Assembly (NCBI GenBank): GCA_013265495.1
Contig: MU061578.1
Coordinates: 4,413,308 to 4,477,307 of the forward strand
Origin: Vicugna vicugna
Lineage: Eukaryota
Direction: 5' to 3'
DNA length: 64,000 bases
In this document: one piece after another, positions 1 through 13,354 of the stretch
Layout of the letters: each line of letters opens with the position of its first letter
Numbering within the stretch: position 1 is the stretch's first letter
Position numbers and translations under genes: made by a program
Notes under the pieces: generated by a model
The model's input: the letters and a program-made list of their open reading frames with translations, nothing else
Database searches by the model: none
Told to the model about the DNA's origin: nothing

Positions 1-409
1 CAGGTATTTACCTCATCACTTCTCACCCAAACTATTGCTTTGTCTCCTAAACTTCGCTCCCCTACAGTCCATCCTCCTCAGGTGGTCAAAGTGATCTTCC
101 TACACCACAAATATGAATACATTATTTCCCAGCTCAAAGATCTTCTGGGCTAGCCATCACCAAAGAATGAAGTTAGTAAAACAAACAAAGCTGTCTGTGA
201 AGTGTCTCTGCTTCTCTCTCAAGCTTCTCCTCCTGTTGTTCTCCTGCCTGTATTCTAGCCACATCAGACTACCAGGTTATGAAACTGCCATTTTAGAGAA
301 AAAGTAGTCAAACATCAACAGTTTCATATGGTTCAAACTATTATTAAAGGCCAGGAGGTTTTTCATGTTTGTCCTGTCTGCCAGGAATGCTCTCCCCTTC
401 CTTCACTCA

Positions 410-860
410 TGCATTCATTCTATAAATACTTACTGAGAGCCTATTATGCATCAGACCCTAGTCTAGGCACAGGGGATACAGTGGCGAAGAAGAGAGACCA
501 GACCTATGGTATCACAGAGTTTACATGTATGAGGGAGACAGACAAGAACAATTAATCAAATAATCCCAGACTGTGACCATGGTTACGATGGTACACATAA
601 CACTGTGTACAGGGGAAGTCCTGGTAATAGGGACTGGAAGGGCTACTACAGACAGAGTAGGTGGGAAGAGCTAAGGAGGTGACATTTAAGCTGACATTTC
701 AATGACAAGAAGAGCACATAATCAAAGCAGAAGGGAGAAGACTGTTCTATGCGGAGAGACGTGAACAGGCAATGCTGTTAGTGCAGAATGAGCCCAGGGT
801 ATTCATCAAGTGGAGGAAGTTCCATGTGGCTGCAGAGACATGAGACCTATCAGATGAGGT
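410..860. mobile_element. Old L2 fragment
   Basis: cattcattc...aaatacttactgagagcctattatgcatcagac...ggggataca and ggaggtgacatttaagctga are L2 3'-end-like. Confidence 0.6.
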
Positions 861-894
861 CAGAAAAATGGGTGCAGGTATGTATGTATCAGAG

Positions 895-1260
895 ACTGCT
901 GTGCCCACCCAGAGCCCTTTACCATCTTCACCTTTCTATCGAGACCTGCCCTCAGTCAGAAATGCCTTTAAACCCACCCTCCCCCACAGGAGTGGGGGGT
1001 GAACTTGAGCCAATGACTTGTAAATACAGGGTACAAAAATCCCAGGCCTCTTCCTTAGGGGGGTGTCACTCTGAGGTGCCTCTCATGCTCCAGAGCTCCC
1101 TCTTGGGTCACACTGAGACAGGGCTCCAGCTGAACTGCTTCTTAGTTAAGGTTACCCCGAGCCCTATCCTTACAGGCTGCTCTTGAGAACTCTCCCTCAA
1201 CAAATCATCTGCACAAAAATTCCCCTCTGGGCTCTGCTTCCAGGGAACCTGAACTAAGAT
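895..1260 (+). mobile_element. LTR16-like (ERVL) solo LTR
   Basis: Ends in ...ggctctgcttccagggaacctgaactaaga, resembling the recalled LTR16 3' terminus. Confidence 0.6.
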
Positions 1261-1608
1261 AGTACGATATGTGAATAGAGTTATAACAGTATAAAAAAAA
1301 ACAGATATATGACTTCCAAGATTTATCTTTTCTTCTCATTGTTCAGCTTTAACTTGACTAGAATCAAATTTTTGTAAATTAAGAATGAGAATCAAAGTAT
1401 TAAACACAAAGTCTTTCTTTTTCATGTGATCCTATATCAAAGTAAATTATTTCATAATCAAAGATAAATATTGTGAGGAAGAATTAAACTCCTAATTTTC
1501 AAACTGAAGTATATACCTTTGTAAGCTCTCTGCTAACCTGATACTTTAAAAACCTACGAGTAATGATCATTCTGGCACAAAGATAGTTGACCTCTGTGCT
1601 AGATTTAC

Positions 1609-1681
1609 CTAGGAGTTGCAGGGCTGAACTTTTCTTCTCTTTCTAATTCCTTTCTTTGGATTAGGGGATTTTCAATGATCA
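1609..1681 (-). CDS. MEIOB: MEIOB fourth coding exon (73 nt)
   Basis: ccttctgttttag|TG ATC ATT GAA AAT...ACT CCT AG|gtaaat encodes (V)[23 protein letters not shown](S), in frame with the previous exon. Further exons lie beyond the left edge of the window. Confidence 0.95.
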
Positions 1682-2179
1682 CTAAAACAGAAGGAAAAAT
1701 ATGATGCTATCACAAAAAAGTAACAGGATAAATTTGAAAAACAAGTGTACATAACAATGAACATTACAGGGGTAGTTCTAATTTTGAGTTGGTATTGTAT
1801 ACCCTTCACAATCACTTTCTGGTGGCATTGTGAGCAACAGAATCTGGGGTATGACCATTAGCTGGATCTCAGATGACAGTTCTTATGCTTTGTGTTTAAA
1901 TCCCAACATATGACCCACATTAAGATTACTGATTAGTTACATTGAACATTTGATTTGGCTATAATATACTCTTCTACAAAACAAACACTTTAATTGATCT
2001 TCACTCAATTCACATTTGCCCTCAAAAAAAAAAAAACAGCAGTATTTAAAGAGCTATGCGAAATCTGGGTCCTGATTTAACCCCTCAACTCATCAGCTTT
2101 ATGACTTAACATTTTAGGGTTTCCATTTCTTTACGGTCTATGTTAGACTTTTTTGTGTTCTGTTTTGCTAATTCCTCAC

Positions 2180-2330
2180 ACAACTATCCCATTATTATCC
2201 CTTTTTCCATATGAAGAAACTGAAGTTCACAGAGGTTAAATAACTTTCTTCATGTGTTATATCTAGAAAGTAGTAGAGCTAGAATTAGAATTGTTCTGAC
2301 TCAAAAATCTGTAATCTTTTCACACACCAA
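2180..2330. mobile_element. MIR fragment
   Basis: MIR core attattatcccc...gaagaaactgaagttcacagaggttaaataact. Similar decayed MIRs occur at about 2800-2990, 9690-9870 and 31820-32030. Confidence 0.6.
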
Positions 2331-3407
2331 AATCCTATTTAGATTTATGAGCACTGTCAATTTCACACTTTTATAATCCCTTTATTCACTCATCCTCACA
2401 ACAAATATCAACACAGAAACATATTTTAATACCAAAATGTACTGTTAGCTCTATGTACGTAATGTCCTGACATTCATTCAAGGAATGTTTCCACTTGTAC
2501 TGGGCCCTGAGATGTTTGCAAAGTTTTCTGCCTTCATAGTCTATATGTTCAATTACCTTTTTATTCAGTTAGAGAGATATTACATATAATCCTGAAAGTT
2601 AATAACACAAGGCAATGTATGACTGGATGCTAAGTAACTAGTATGGGTAAGAGACTGCTTGATACTGCAGGATTAGAGAGGAGTAGTTTAATTGTCTGTG
2701 TTACTCTTTCTCATCTTTTTTTCTACACAAATAGAACTGGTATACATGCTATCTTGATTCTTGTATGAAGCTAGAGCTGTTAACTATTGAGTGACTAAAT
2801 TTTACACTCTATACCAGACACAATACCTCATTTAACATTCATGAGAATCTATAGAGTATTAATTCATAGTTGAGGCCCAACAATATTAAGAAATTTTCTC
2901 AAAGCCACAATGTAAATAAATACTGATACTTGGATTTGAATCCAGATCCATCTGTTTTCAAAGTCTTGCTCTTTTTATTATACTACACTGTACCATCTGA
3001 GGGATATGGGGGTGGGTAGAGGATACAAAAGATTTGGTATTTTAGACTAAAAGTAAAGTTTCTTAAAACCCCACTAAAAATTTAAGTATCATCTTTTATC
3101 AAAATCTATTTAGCAACCCTATTATATGTTTACAGAAAGATAAATGATTAGAGCCACAATAGGGATTGATGCAAAGTGAAACAGAAATAAACCAAAGATC
3201 ATAGAGCTACCTAGAAAAAATATGTGACTATCATGTACGTATGTTTCAACTAAATGCTGAATGCTTTGTGTTATGCTCTTAACACTTGATTTTTTTCTGA
3301 TAAGGTTCTTGAGAATAAGAATTGTATCTTATTTCATTTTGACTCCTTCAGTGTAGTTACCACAAACAAATCATGGGATTAATACTCTAAGAGAATAGTT
3401 TACTTAC

Positions 3408-3539
3408 CGCACTCGCCAACCCTAAAGCTGTCAGAAAGTGATCTGATGTAGTCTCTGTTGCCCCAGGATGTTGCATTTACAAAATGAGTCACTGAATCAC
3501 GAATGGTGAAACTGAAAGTGTACCTTTCTGATCCAATAT
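3408..3539 (-). CDS. MEIOB: MEIOB third coding exon (132 nt)
   Basis: ttttcccttag|AT ATT GGA TCA...GAG TGC G|gtaagt encodes (N)[43 protein letters not shown]. It lies within ORF 3400..3633, phase 1-1. Confidence 0.96.
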
Positions 3540-3974
3540 CTAAGGGAAAACCAATGCTTTTATTTTTCAAATGAATAGTTTTACTTAAATTTTGAACAAA
3601 TATGATTATGATGATAAAAACACTCAAACACATGGTATAAAATATTATTTCAGATATAAACTCTGTAAGTTATACTTTTATGAATTTCAAAGCTGTCAAA
3701 GTAGATAACTGACCTCATTATTGACTCCTCTGTTCCCTTTCCCCAGTTATCTATATATTTGGAGGGAAATGACATGTAGGCTTGAACCATCCATGTATTA
3801 GCTTAGATTCTCCATTTCTCACTGACTGTTGTCTTAACCTAAGTCATAATTCAGATCTTAATTATTTCCAAACAAATAAATGTGTGCTACTAAAAGATAC
3901 CACTAGGGGTCAGCAAGTACTTCTTTTCCCCAAATAAAATTTCTTTCTGTTTTTGCTAATTAAAAAGGCATTAC

Positions 3975-5420
3975 AAAATAGTATGGTACAGGCACAAAAG
4001 AGACACATAGATCAGTGGAACAGAATAGAAAGCCTAGAAACAAACCCATGCACTTATGGTCAATTAATCTATGACAAAGGAAGCAAGAATACACAATGGA
4101 GAAAAGAGTCTCTTCAATAAGTGGTGGTGGGAAAACTGGACAGCTACATGTAAAAGAATGAAGTCAGAACATTCTCTAACACTATATACAAAAACAAACT
4201 CAAAATGGATTAAAGACCTAAATGTAAGACTGGATAACATAAAACTCCTAGAGGAAAGCATAGGTAGAATATTCTTTGACATAAATTGTGGCCATATTTT
4301 ATAGGATCCATTTCCTAAAATGAAGGAAATAAAAGCAAAGATAAACAAACTGAACCTAATTAAACTTAAACGCCTTTGCACAACAAAGAAAACCATAGAC
4401 AAAACAAAAAGACAACCTACTGAATGGGAGAAAATATTTGAAAAATATGACCAATAAGGGGTTAATATCCAACATATATAAACAGCTCATACAACTCAAC
4501 ATCAAAAAAACAAACAACCTGATTAAAAAATGAGCAGCAGAACTGAATAGACATTTTTCCAAGGAGAAAATGCAACATGAAAAGATGCTCAACATCACTT
4601 ATCAGGGAAATGCAAATCAAAACCACAATGAGATTATCACCTCACATCTGTCAGAATAGCTATCGTAAAAAAGAACACTAATAACCAATGTTGGTGAGGA
4701 TGTGGAGAAAAGGAAACCCTTGTACACTGCTGGTGGGAATGTAAATTACTCCAGCCACTGTGGAAAACAGTATGGAGGGTTCTCAAAAAATTAAAAATAG
4801 AACTACTGTATGATCCAGCAATCCCACTTCTGAGTATATAACCAAACAAAAACAAAAACACTAATTCAAAACGATACATGCACCCCAATGTTCATAGCAG
4901 CATTATTTACAATTGCCAAGACAAGGAAGTGTCCATCAACAGATGAATGGATAAAGAAGATACAGTATATATACAAAATGGAATACTACTCAGCCATAAA
5001 AGAATGGAATTTTGTCATTTACAGTGACATGGATGGACTTAGGAGGCATTATGCTAAGTGAAATAAGTCAGACAGAGAAAGACAAATACTGCATGATATC
5101 ACTTACATGTAGAATCTAAAAAGTACAGTAAACTAGTGAATATAACAAAAATGCAGACTCACAGATACGGAGAACAAACTAGAGGTTACCGGTGAGGAAA
5201 GGGAAGGAGGGAAAGGCAGGGTAGAGGTGGAGGGAGTGGGAGGTACAGACTATTAGGTACAAAATAAGCTACAAAGATATATTATACAACACAGGGAATA
5301 TAGCAAATATTTTACAATAACTATAATGGAGTATAACCTTTAAAAACTGTGAATCGCTATACTGTATGCCTGTAACATATTATATATCAATTATACTTCA
5401 ATTTAAAAAGTTAAAAAATA
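3975..5420 (+). mobile_element. 5'-truncated L1 (disrupted ORF2 C-terminus and 3' UTR) in a MEIOB intron, antisense to the gene
   Basis: ORF 4071..4304 ([11 protein letters not shown]...KWIKDLNVR) is L1 ORF2-like, followed by an L1 3' UTR and A-rich end. Confidence 0.92.
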
Positions 5421-7046
5421 ATACAACCTAATGTATAAATGCACATTATAGATATCTATTGAACTGTTGTTAGCACTTACCTTTGGGGCGGGGACTAGGA
5501 TTGGAAAAATTGGGGAATAAATAAAGAATTTCACTTTTCAACTCTATGACCTCTGTATGGCTTGAATTTTTATGAAAATATATTAATATGTTATATGTGT
5601 AATATTTCTTAAAGTCAGTAAGCGTATCTTCTCCAAAAAATGAATACTGTACCATAATTATAAAAGGTTCCTTGCTGTCATAATCTGACAGGTGAAAATT
5701 ATATTTCATTGTTGTAATTTTAGCATATATTTAAGTCTTGATCTTTTTCTAACTCATATATTTTAAGTTATTCCTTTTACAGCTTAGAAAACAGATATAT
5801 AGAATTTCTAAAACTACTCAAATGGCAATTCTGATCTAAAATTAATTATAATGAAGTAAAGTGAAGACACAAACGAGTTGGGTGGGAGATGATATCTTGG
5901 TTATTTACCTCAAAAATAACAACAGAATATTATATAAAATAAAATAAAAATAAAGGTACCTATTACTCTATCATGAATCAATTAACACAGCCACAATTAC
6001 TCAGGTGATTCAAACAAAATTAATGCCTTCTGTCAAAAATATTGGCCGGCTGATTAGAGTTCTGATTCCCTCAATCTGTATAGAAGCATTTATACTGTAC
6101 ACTTCAGTAAAAATCACTGACAGTTTAAAAGCTAATAGTAGTGAATTGCTACTTTTGGCATTCTATATCATATCTCTCTGCATGCAAACTACAAAAGTTT
6201 GAAGGTGAGTTGATTTTAAAAATCCTATTTTAGTCTTGGATTATGTTTCCACAGTCCTAAAACTCTTGTACAATTCAAGTAACTCAATCAGAACAACTAA
6301 GCCAAACTTAACTGTATTTTCCACATATGAAAGATGTTTTTTTTCACTGAATTGTCTGGTTGTTTGAGTAACTACACAGATGCTGTTGCCATACTTCTCT
6401 CCCTCAACACTTTCATGACCTTCCTCATGACCTTGGAAATCCCTTCCTCCTTATCACTTTCTGTCTTCTATGAGATTTACCTGTGTACTTATATCTCAGG
6501 CTGATAATGATAGTGAACATGGAGGTCTTACTCACCCTAACATGTATGAGCTCATTTAATTCTCATCCCAGCTTTATGTACCCGATTTCACAGCAGTGCA
6601 TAGGACAGATCTCAGATGACTCAGCGACTAAGTGAGCCCAGTCAGTCTAGCCCCAAGTCCATCCTCTCAGACACTGTGATATTCGAGAATGATGAGAAGA
6701 ACACAACTTCTCTGTTACCTTTACACTGGGTTTTACACAGGGGAGGTGCTCAGTAAATACACGTTGATAGACATTAATGAGTTGGCCGATTTAACTAGCT
6801 ATTTTGGTAATGTATACACAGCCTTTAAAATTATGTTTGAGAAATATAAAATAAAATCATTAAAATGATTTTAATGCCCTCAAACATGTGGCCTTAAATC
6901 AAGTACTTTACCATGCAATAGAGAACATGGCCATTGCTCTTAAGGAGTAAAACAGGCATGAGAAATTTAATCACTTAAATATACTTTGTTGGAGTCATAA
7001 GCCACAGTTGATGAAAAATGAAGCAAAGAGTTAAATAGAACTCAGC

Positions 7047-7104
7047 TTTTTCTGTCTGGAAAGCCTTTGACATCTGTTTTCCCAATAACTATGCCGATTA
7101 TTTT
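7047..7104 (-). CDS. MEIOB: MEIOB second coding exon (58 nt)
   Basis: tttttcag|AAA ATA ATC GGC...GAC AGA AAA A|gctgagt encodes KIIGIVIGKTDVKGFPDRK plus 1 nt. The acceptor is canonical; the donor is non-canonical (see findings). Confidence 0.93.
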
Positions 7105-8702
7105 CTGAAAAACAATAAGGTTATAGAAGACGAATATTAAACACAGATGTAGATGGTAAATTTAATTTCATGGACTTGCTATATTTTACTAGCTCTAATA
7201 AACATTTTTGACTAGGAACCATTTAAATATATTTACTCCAGACAAACATCTAAAAGAACTTCATAAATGTTCAGTTCCACAAGGAATGGTACAAAGTAAT
7301 AAGACAGTTAACTGCTATTACAAATATCATCATTTAATATTAGTATGTTTCTACTTTATTTTCAATCACTAGGTGGAGTACAGTAACTGCCCTAAGCTAT
7401 CAATCCTCACTGAATTATTCAAAGCACATGTATAATGCAATTTAATTTGCCATGGTCTTCAAAGCTTTCTTTTATATAGGGTTTTCTAACAATCCACATT
7501 CAATTGCTTAGCTTCTTAATCCAAACATGCTGGACAGTAATACAAATTAGATTGTAACAAAACTTGCATATTGCTGCTAATAAATCTAAGCTGTAAAGTC
7601 CTAGATCTTAAGCCTTAAAGTTATTAACATGTCCTTAAAATTTTTTAATTCTCTTTAGTGACTAACAAAAATTAAATATTTTAAAAGTGCTTTAAGAAAT
7701 AAAAATAACTGCCTTTTTTTGAAAGGATGAACTTATATCACCAATTCTAGCAACTGATTTAACCTTGCAATAATCTGTTATGTTTAAAATACATTCAAGC
7801 TTTTAAGACCACCACATCCTAACTGAGCTGTTAGCTAGTCTTATTACGTTTAGACACACTGCTATTTCTTTAAATTCCAAATGCATACAAATCTCATTGA
7901 ATTTTGTTGGGAAAACAACTAAGGGAAATATTGAGTAAAATTTTCTAACTGAAGAAGCAATTAGCGAATAGTTTATCTTTCAAGAAAAACTATAACAGCA
8001 ATTATTTTTAACACTAATAAGCTTTAAATTGCAAATTATTAAAGTTATATATAAATTTATCTCATTTTAAGAAACCTGATTTGCAGATTCCAAATGTAAA
8101 CAGCAGACTGCTGGAAAGGTAAGGGAGTAGATAATTGCTTTACACAGTAAGTTCTTCACCTTATGATTCCACCTAGATTTCTTTTAAATAAGTAACAGTC
8201 TTGGCATATTTGAAATGACTGAATTCCCTGCAACCCCTCTCCCCAAAATGAATTTTCACATAATCATTTCAGAAATATACCTGTTGTGTAACTTCATGTC
8301 CTAAAAGCAGCATAATGGCAAGTATTTCAGTCTATAACTTGGACAATTTGATTAGAAAATAGATACTACTAAACAAAAATGTTTTAATTTTACAATGCTA
8401 AATTTGAGTTGTTGTTAAATATTTAATTAAAATAATACAAATAAACTTTTAATCAGTTTTAACAAACACTAGTCATATCTACAATCTCCTGCTCTATAAG
8501 AAAGACTAACTTTTATTTAGTTGGCATAAATACAAAGAAGCTTAGAAGCATTTAACATCTAACAATCACACTAATGCAATGAGATCTGTTTACTTGTCAA
8601 TTATACAAGCACATGTTGAATGAATCAATAATGTTGACATAATGTGATATTACCAGCTAAAGTTCCGTTAGAGAACTGAACCACTACACCATAGAAACGT
8701 AC

Positions 8703-8771
8703 CAGATTAGCCATATTTGGATGAAGACCTGAAAGTGCAGTGAAGTTCTTTGATACAATGGAGTTTGCCAT
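8703..8771 (-). CDS. MEIOB: MEIOB first coding exon (coding part; exon spans 8779-8703)
   Basis: Minus strand reads gcag|ATTAAAGA ATG GCA AAC...AAT CTG|gtacgt and encodes MANSIVSKNFTALSGLHPNMANL (23 codons), matching the recalled MEIOB N-terminus. Canonical AG acceptor and GT donor, phase 0. Confidence 0.95.
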
Positions 8772-9149
8772 TCTTTAATCTGCTTTTTAGAAAATAAAAT
8801 TTAGATGGATTAATTAAATAACTGAACTAAACTGAAAAATTCCAAGATTGAAAAAAGAATTTATCTAGGAAAGTACTGGATATTTTATTTATTCTTTAGG
8901 AAAACTTTTTATTACAAAAGTAAAATATAAGTTAATACAAATTCAACCAGTAAAAAGACCTGTTTCAAAACGTCCTTTTTTAGTTAATGATATAGTTTTG
9001 TGAATGATATAGTTAGGTTTCAATTTTTAAGTTTCACTTTAAAAAAAAACAATTTGCCAATGTTTGAGCACTCGGCAAATTTAGAGTTTCAGATGAGAGA
9101 TGATTCAATGGCACATCTGCAGATTTAAACATTTATTACTATAAAGCCT

Positions 9150-9284
9150 ATTTTAACTTTTGTTTTGCTTGTTTGTTTTGGGGGCTAATTAGGCTTATTT
9201 ATTTTTAGAGGAGGTACTGGGGATTGAAATTAGGACCTCATGCATGCTAAGCATGTGCTCTACCACTTGAGCTATACCCTCCCC
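9150..9284 (-). mobile_element. vic-1-type tRNA-Ala-derived SINE
   Basis: Reverse complement of ggggagggtatagctcaagtggtagagcacatgcttagcatgcatgaggtcc...ccccagtacctcc followed by a cctaatta/A-rich tail. Confidence 0.88.
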
Positions 9285-11539
9285 ATTTACAAAGCCTACT
9301 TTGAAAAGCCAAGCAAAACTCTATTGTAATGCTTCAAATCATGCATTTAGTTACACTATGTGTGGGGATAGGTGGTACTTTACCCTCACCTCCAGATCGT
9401 AAGCTCTATGAGGGCAGAGGTGGTGGCTTCTTACATATTACTTGTGTGTGCATTCCAATACTACCTTGCACAGAAAAAGCACTCAGTAAATATCAAATGA
9501 ATGCAGTGGTGGCTTGCACCTCAGTATCATCACTAGAAAAGGTTTTAGTGTAGTAACAACTGTCAGCTACACCAAACTAGCAGATTTACTTGATTTCACT
9601 TCTTACCACCAGGCCCCTTTAATGGTAAATGCCCTCAACTACAGGTTTTTCACTTTCAGGACATGTCCTATAACATGAGTTATGTGTTAAGTCAGTAAGA
9701 CTATGGAGTTAGTCAAATATGATTTTGAATTCCAGCGCCACCAGTTCGTAGTCAAACGTTTTGACATTACTGAGCTTTAATCTCCTCATCCATAAAATAT
9801 GGATAATATCTACCTTACAGGGTTGTTGTGAGAATTCAAAATAATGTACAAAGTGCCTAAATGTTCACAGACTCTCGATAGATGAGACTAGTGCTCTTCG
9901 TTCTTATTCAATGTAGCAGTTTCTGTGTTCAAGCAAGCCACAATAAACAAATGGAGTGAAGCAGTGTTAAGTTCCTATTCATCCTTTGGCCTAGTCTGAT
10001 CTGGTTCACTATGCACTTTCAGTCTCTGAAACACTTGCCAAACCTTGACAGATTTGTTCATTCATCCATCCACTCAACAAACTTTATTGAGAGCCTGTCA
10101 AGTGCTAGCTAGACACTTGAGGTTAGAGAGGATGAACTATTCATTAGCTAGATTTTGTGTAAAAACACTACCCACCTACATATTAAATGAGTTCTTCAAA
10201 TTTTTACCCCTTAACATCTCTTGGTGGTTTAGTTATTGACTTACATGACATCCCATGAACTCTCTGAAGTTCCTTCACTTTCCACTATTTTTCAAAATAT
10301 ATGGTGATTGCTTTAGTGTCTGCCTCCAAAACAAAAAAAATGTCAACTTGCTTATCAACATGGACATTTTGAGAAATACAAAATTAACATGAAATAAAGA
10401 GCTCAATATGGTGATACAGAGACTACATCATTCATCAGTGACTACTGTCCCTTCTACTTTCCAAATATATTTTAAATATGTCTCCTTTTCTCCATCTCCA
10501 ATGCCATCCCCTCAGCCCAAGGCTCAGTCATTCCTCATCTGGAGTACTGCAATTACCTGGTTTTATACATAGTTTATTTATGTATAAAACCACTTGCAGG
10601 TTGAGTGTCTGATATGTATCAAGCCCTACATCAGGATGGGGGGTGGGGCCTCAGAGATGAGCAACAAAAACAGAGGCCCAGATGTGGGACTAGATGTGTA
10701 CAGCCTCAAGGCCACTGGCCCAGATACTTGACAAGGGTAAAGGGAAAGAGGAGTTGGTGGTGGAACTAGTCCAGTTAAGGTAATATGGTGCAATGTCGCA
10801 GGTAATAGTTGTGGAGTCCCTGTGATGAGGTTGGCCCTGCATTACAGACAGTAGATACACCATGACCATCTCTGACAGCCCTCCAACCCAGGTCTCCCAA
10901 ATTCCCTTTCCTGAGCTCTAAGCCCTCCTCCTACTTTTGAACGGCGACCTCCGGTCTGGACCAGAGCCAAGCCTGACCTGGCCTGTTCCTCCCAGGACCT
11001 TCCTGGTCCTTTGCTTTAGATTTCATGAGGGCATGGTAGGGCTCAAGCCCTTCATGCTCCTACTGGCTGCAACTTCCCTCCAGAGGAGAAAGCTGCACTG
11101 CATGATCCTTACTCTTGCTATGGATCTGGCACAAGAGAAGGGGATTCTGGACCCAGAGGATGAAGAGACACTGTGAGCTACTGCTCTGAGAAGGTGTCTG
11201 GCCTACAGGTTCAGTTCAGGGTGTCAAGTCAGACACTTACAGAAAACTCTACCAACTTTCTGATTTTGAGGTCATAGTCTCAAATTCTGAGTAGGCCAGT
11301 TAGTCAGTTCGAGGCCTGGGCCTGGGATGGAAGAATTGTGAGCAGGGGGTTGAAGAGGACAATTGTCATAAATTTGGGACTTTTTTCTCCAGGGCCAGGA
11401 AGGGCTGCGTGTGTTTGTGCCTCCTGTGCGTTCTCTTCATTCCTGTCAGTACAATTATTCATGGGGGCCTGTGTGCCAGGTACTGGGCTGGTACCCTGGA
11501 GCTACCTCAGACTCTGCTATCAGAAAATTCTACTACCGG

Positions 11540-11722
11540 GGTGGGGGTGGGGTGGGGGTAAAGCTCAGTGGTAGAGCACATGCTTAGCATGCATGAGGTC
11601 CTAGGTTCAATCCCCAGTGCCTCCGATAAAGAAAGGAAGAAAGGAAGAGAGAAAGAAAAGAAAGGAAGGAAGGAAGGAAGGAAGGAAGGAAGGAAGGAAG
11701 GAAGGAAGGAAGGAAGAAAGAA
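11540..11722 (+). mobile_element. vic-1-type SINE with (GGAA)n microsatellite tail
   Basis: tRNA-Ala-like body at 11555-11625 followed by GAAA/GGAA repeats to about 11720. Confidence 0.88.
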
Positions 11723-12347
11723 AATTCCATTATTATCCACTCTGTCAACATTAACACTTCCTCTCTTTCACTGCCCAGATCCAAAATAATCCTCACCAAG
11801 TCCTGCCAATTCTCCTGATTAGCTCTTGAATCTGACTGCTTCTCCCATCTCCCTGACATTACCACTATCCGCTTTCACTTTTGCCTCCTCTATCTCATCT
11901 CCAACACAACAGAGAATTCTTTAAAAACTTAGATTTTGTCTCTCCCTCACCTAAAACCCTTCCCAAGTGCACACAATTAAATCCAAACTCTGCTACAGCC
12001 TTTTAACGCCCAGCTGATCTGGTCTCTGCCCATCTCCTCCTCATTTCACATCACTCTCGCCTTGACAACCATGCTCCAGTCACCCCAGCTGCTCTCCTTT
12101 CATCAAATGGGACCTGGGCCCTGGCTTACACAATTCCCTCTTCCTTGAGCATCCTCCCCAGTTCCACCCTCATATCTTCCCAAGACAGGCTCTTCAGTAT
12201 TCTTTGGGTCTCAAAGAGAAGACCTTGCTACTTCTCTCCCTCAAGTATCCCTCAGCCTCTATTCCCCGTCTCAGCATTCCTAATTCATAATTGTTGCCTG
12301 TGTGCTGTCTTTCTCCTTCATTACAGCATAGGGTCGATGACAAAAGA

Positions 12348-12390
12348 GCTAAAGCATTCGCTCTACCACTGAACTATACCCTCCCCCCAC
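12348..12390 (-). mobile_element. vic-1-type SINE 5' fragment
   Basis: gctctaccactgaactataccctcccccc is the reverse complement of the SINE head. Confidence 0.65.
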
Positions 12391-13354
12391 TTCTTTTTTC
12401 CATGCACTCTTCTTTTAATTGAGATACAGAGTCACACGCAGTATAAATAATAATACAGAAATCCCTTGCCCCCTTTTGTGTCCTACAGTGCCTAGTTACT
12501 TTAGTACCTGATGCACAGTACATGCTGGCTACTTGCTGCCTAAATTAATCAATGAGTTGTAAAATCAACCTGATTTATAATTTGAGAATAACATTGCTAC
12601 AATTAGCTTTTTGGATAAACAGAATTTTGGTTAACAGCTAATTTTACATTTATAACAAGCACTTAAATTATGGAAACAAGTACAGTTTATATCCTGCTAT
12701 TCTAGAGGATGGAGCTTCCAAAAAGCTCAGCAATGATGTTCCTGTAATTTTCTATTTTATTCTAAGAACTGTGCCGGAGCTACTACAGAGAAGTCCTCTT
12801 TATGTGACCATTTTCATACATGGAAATCCCCCCAAACTTCCATCACAAACCAAAGATTTTTTTTTAAACAAACCTTGACAAAATTGGTCTTTTCCTGTAA
12901 AAGGGAACAGTCATTCTGTTATCTCTGTAAGTTCAGTTCAAAAGGGTAGGTTTTACTGCTTCAATGGGAACTCAGCAAATTCTGCATTTTGAAATTCTAG
13001 CTGACTTCCAAACACTCTGGGGTGTCCATAAGAAAACTGGCCAACTGGTCATCACACTGGAGAATTCCCCAGCATGGGGACAGAAGGGCGCTTGTTAGTA
13101 ACTTTTCAAGGTAGCTTCAAATTTTCTAACTAAACTCTGCTTTGGAAAAAAAAAAAAGAAGAACAAAAGAAAGAAAAACGAAAAGAGAAATGCATGACTT
13201 GAACTCAAATACAATTTCCCAAAGTTTGTAATTTCATGTCCTCCTGACACTTTGCACCTCATAGATGAGTTCAGCACTTGGCAACAGGGATTGAAGAGCT
13301 GTGCCTTTTCAACCCCGCGGTGAAATGCGACTCTCAATGGTTTTAAATGTATTC

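Noticed and set aside
3540..3633. N-terminal extension of ORF 3400..3633
   Set aside because: Intronic read-through upstream of the AG acceptor at 3540-3541.
11507..11865. ORFs with LPSF/GRKE repeats
   Set aside because: Translations of the (GGAA)n SINE tail.
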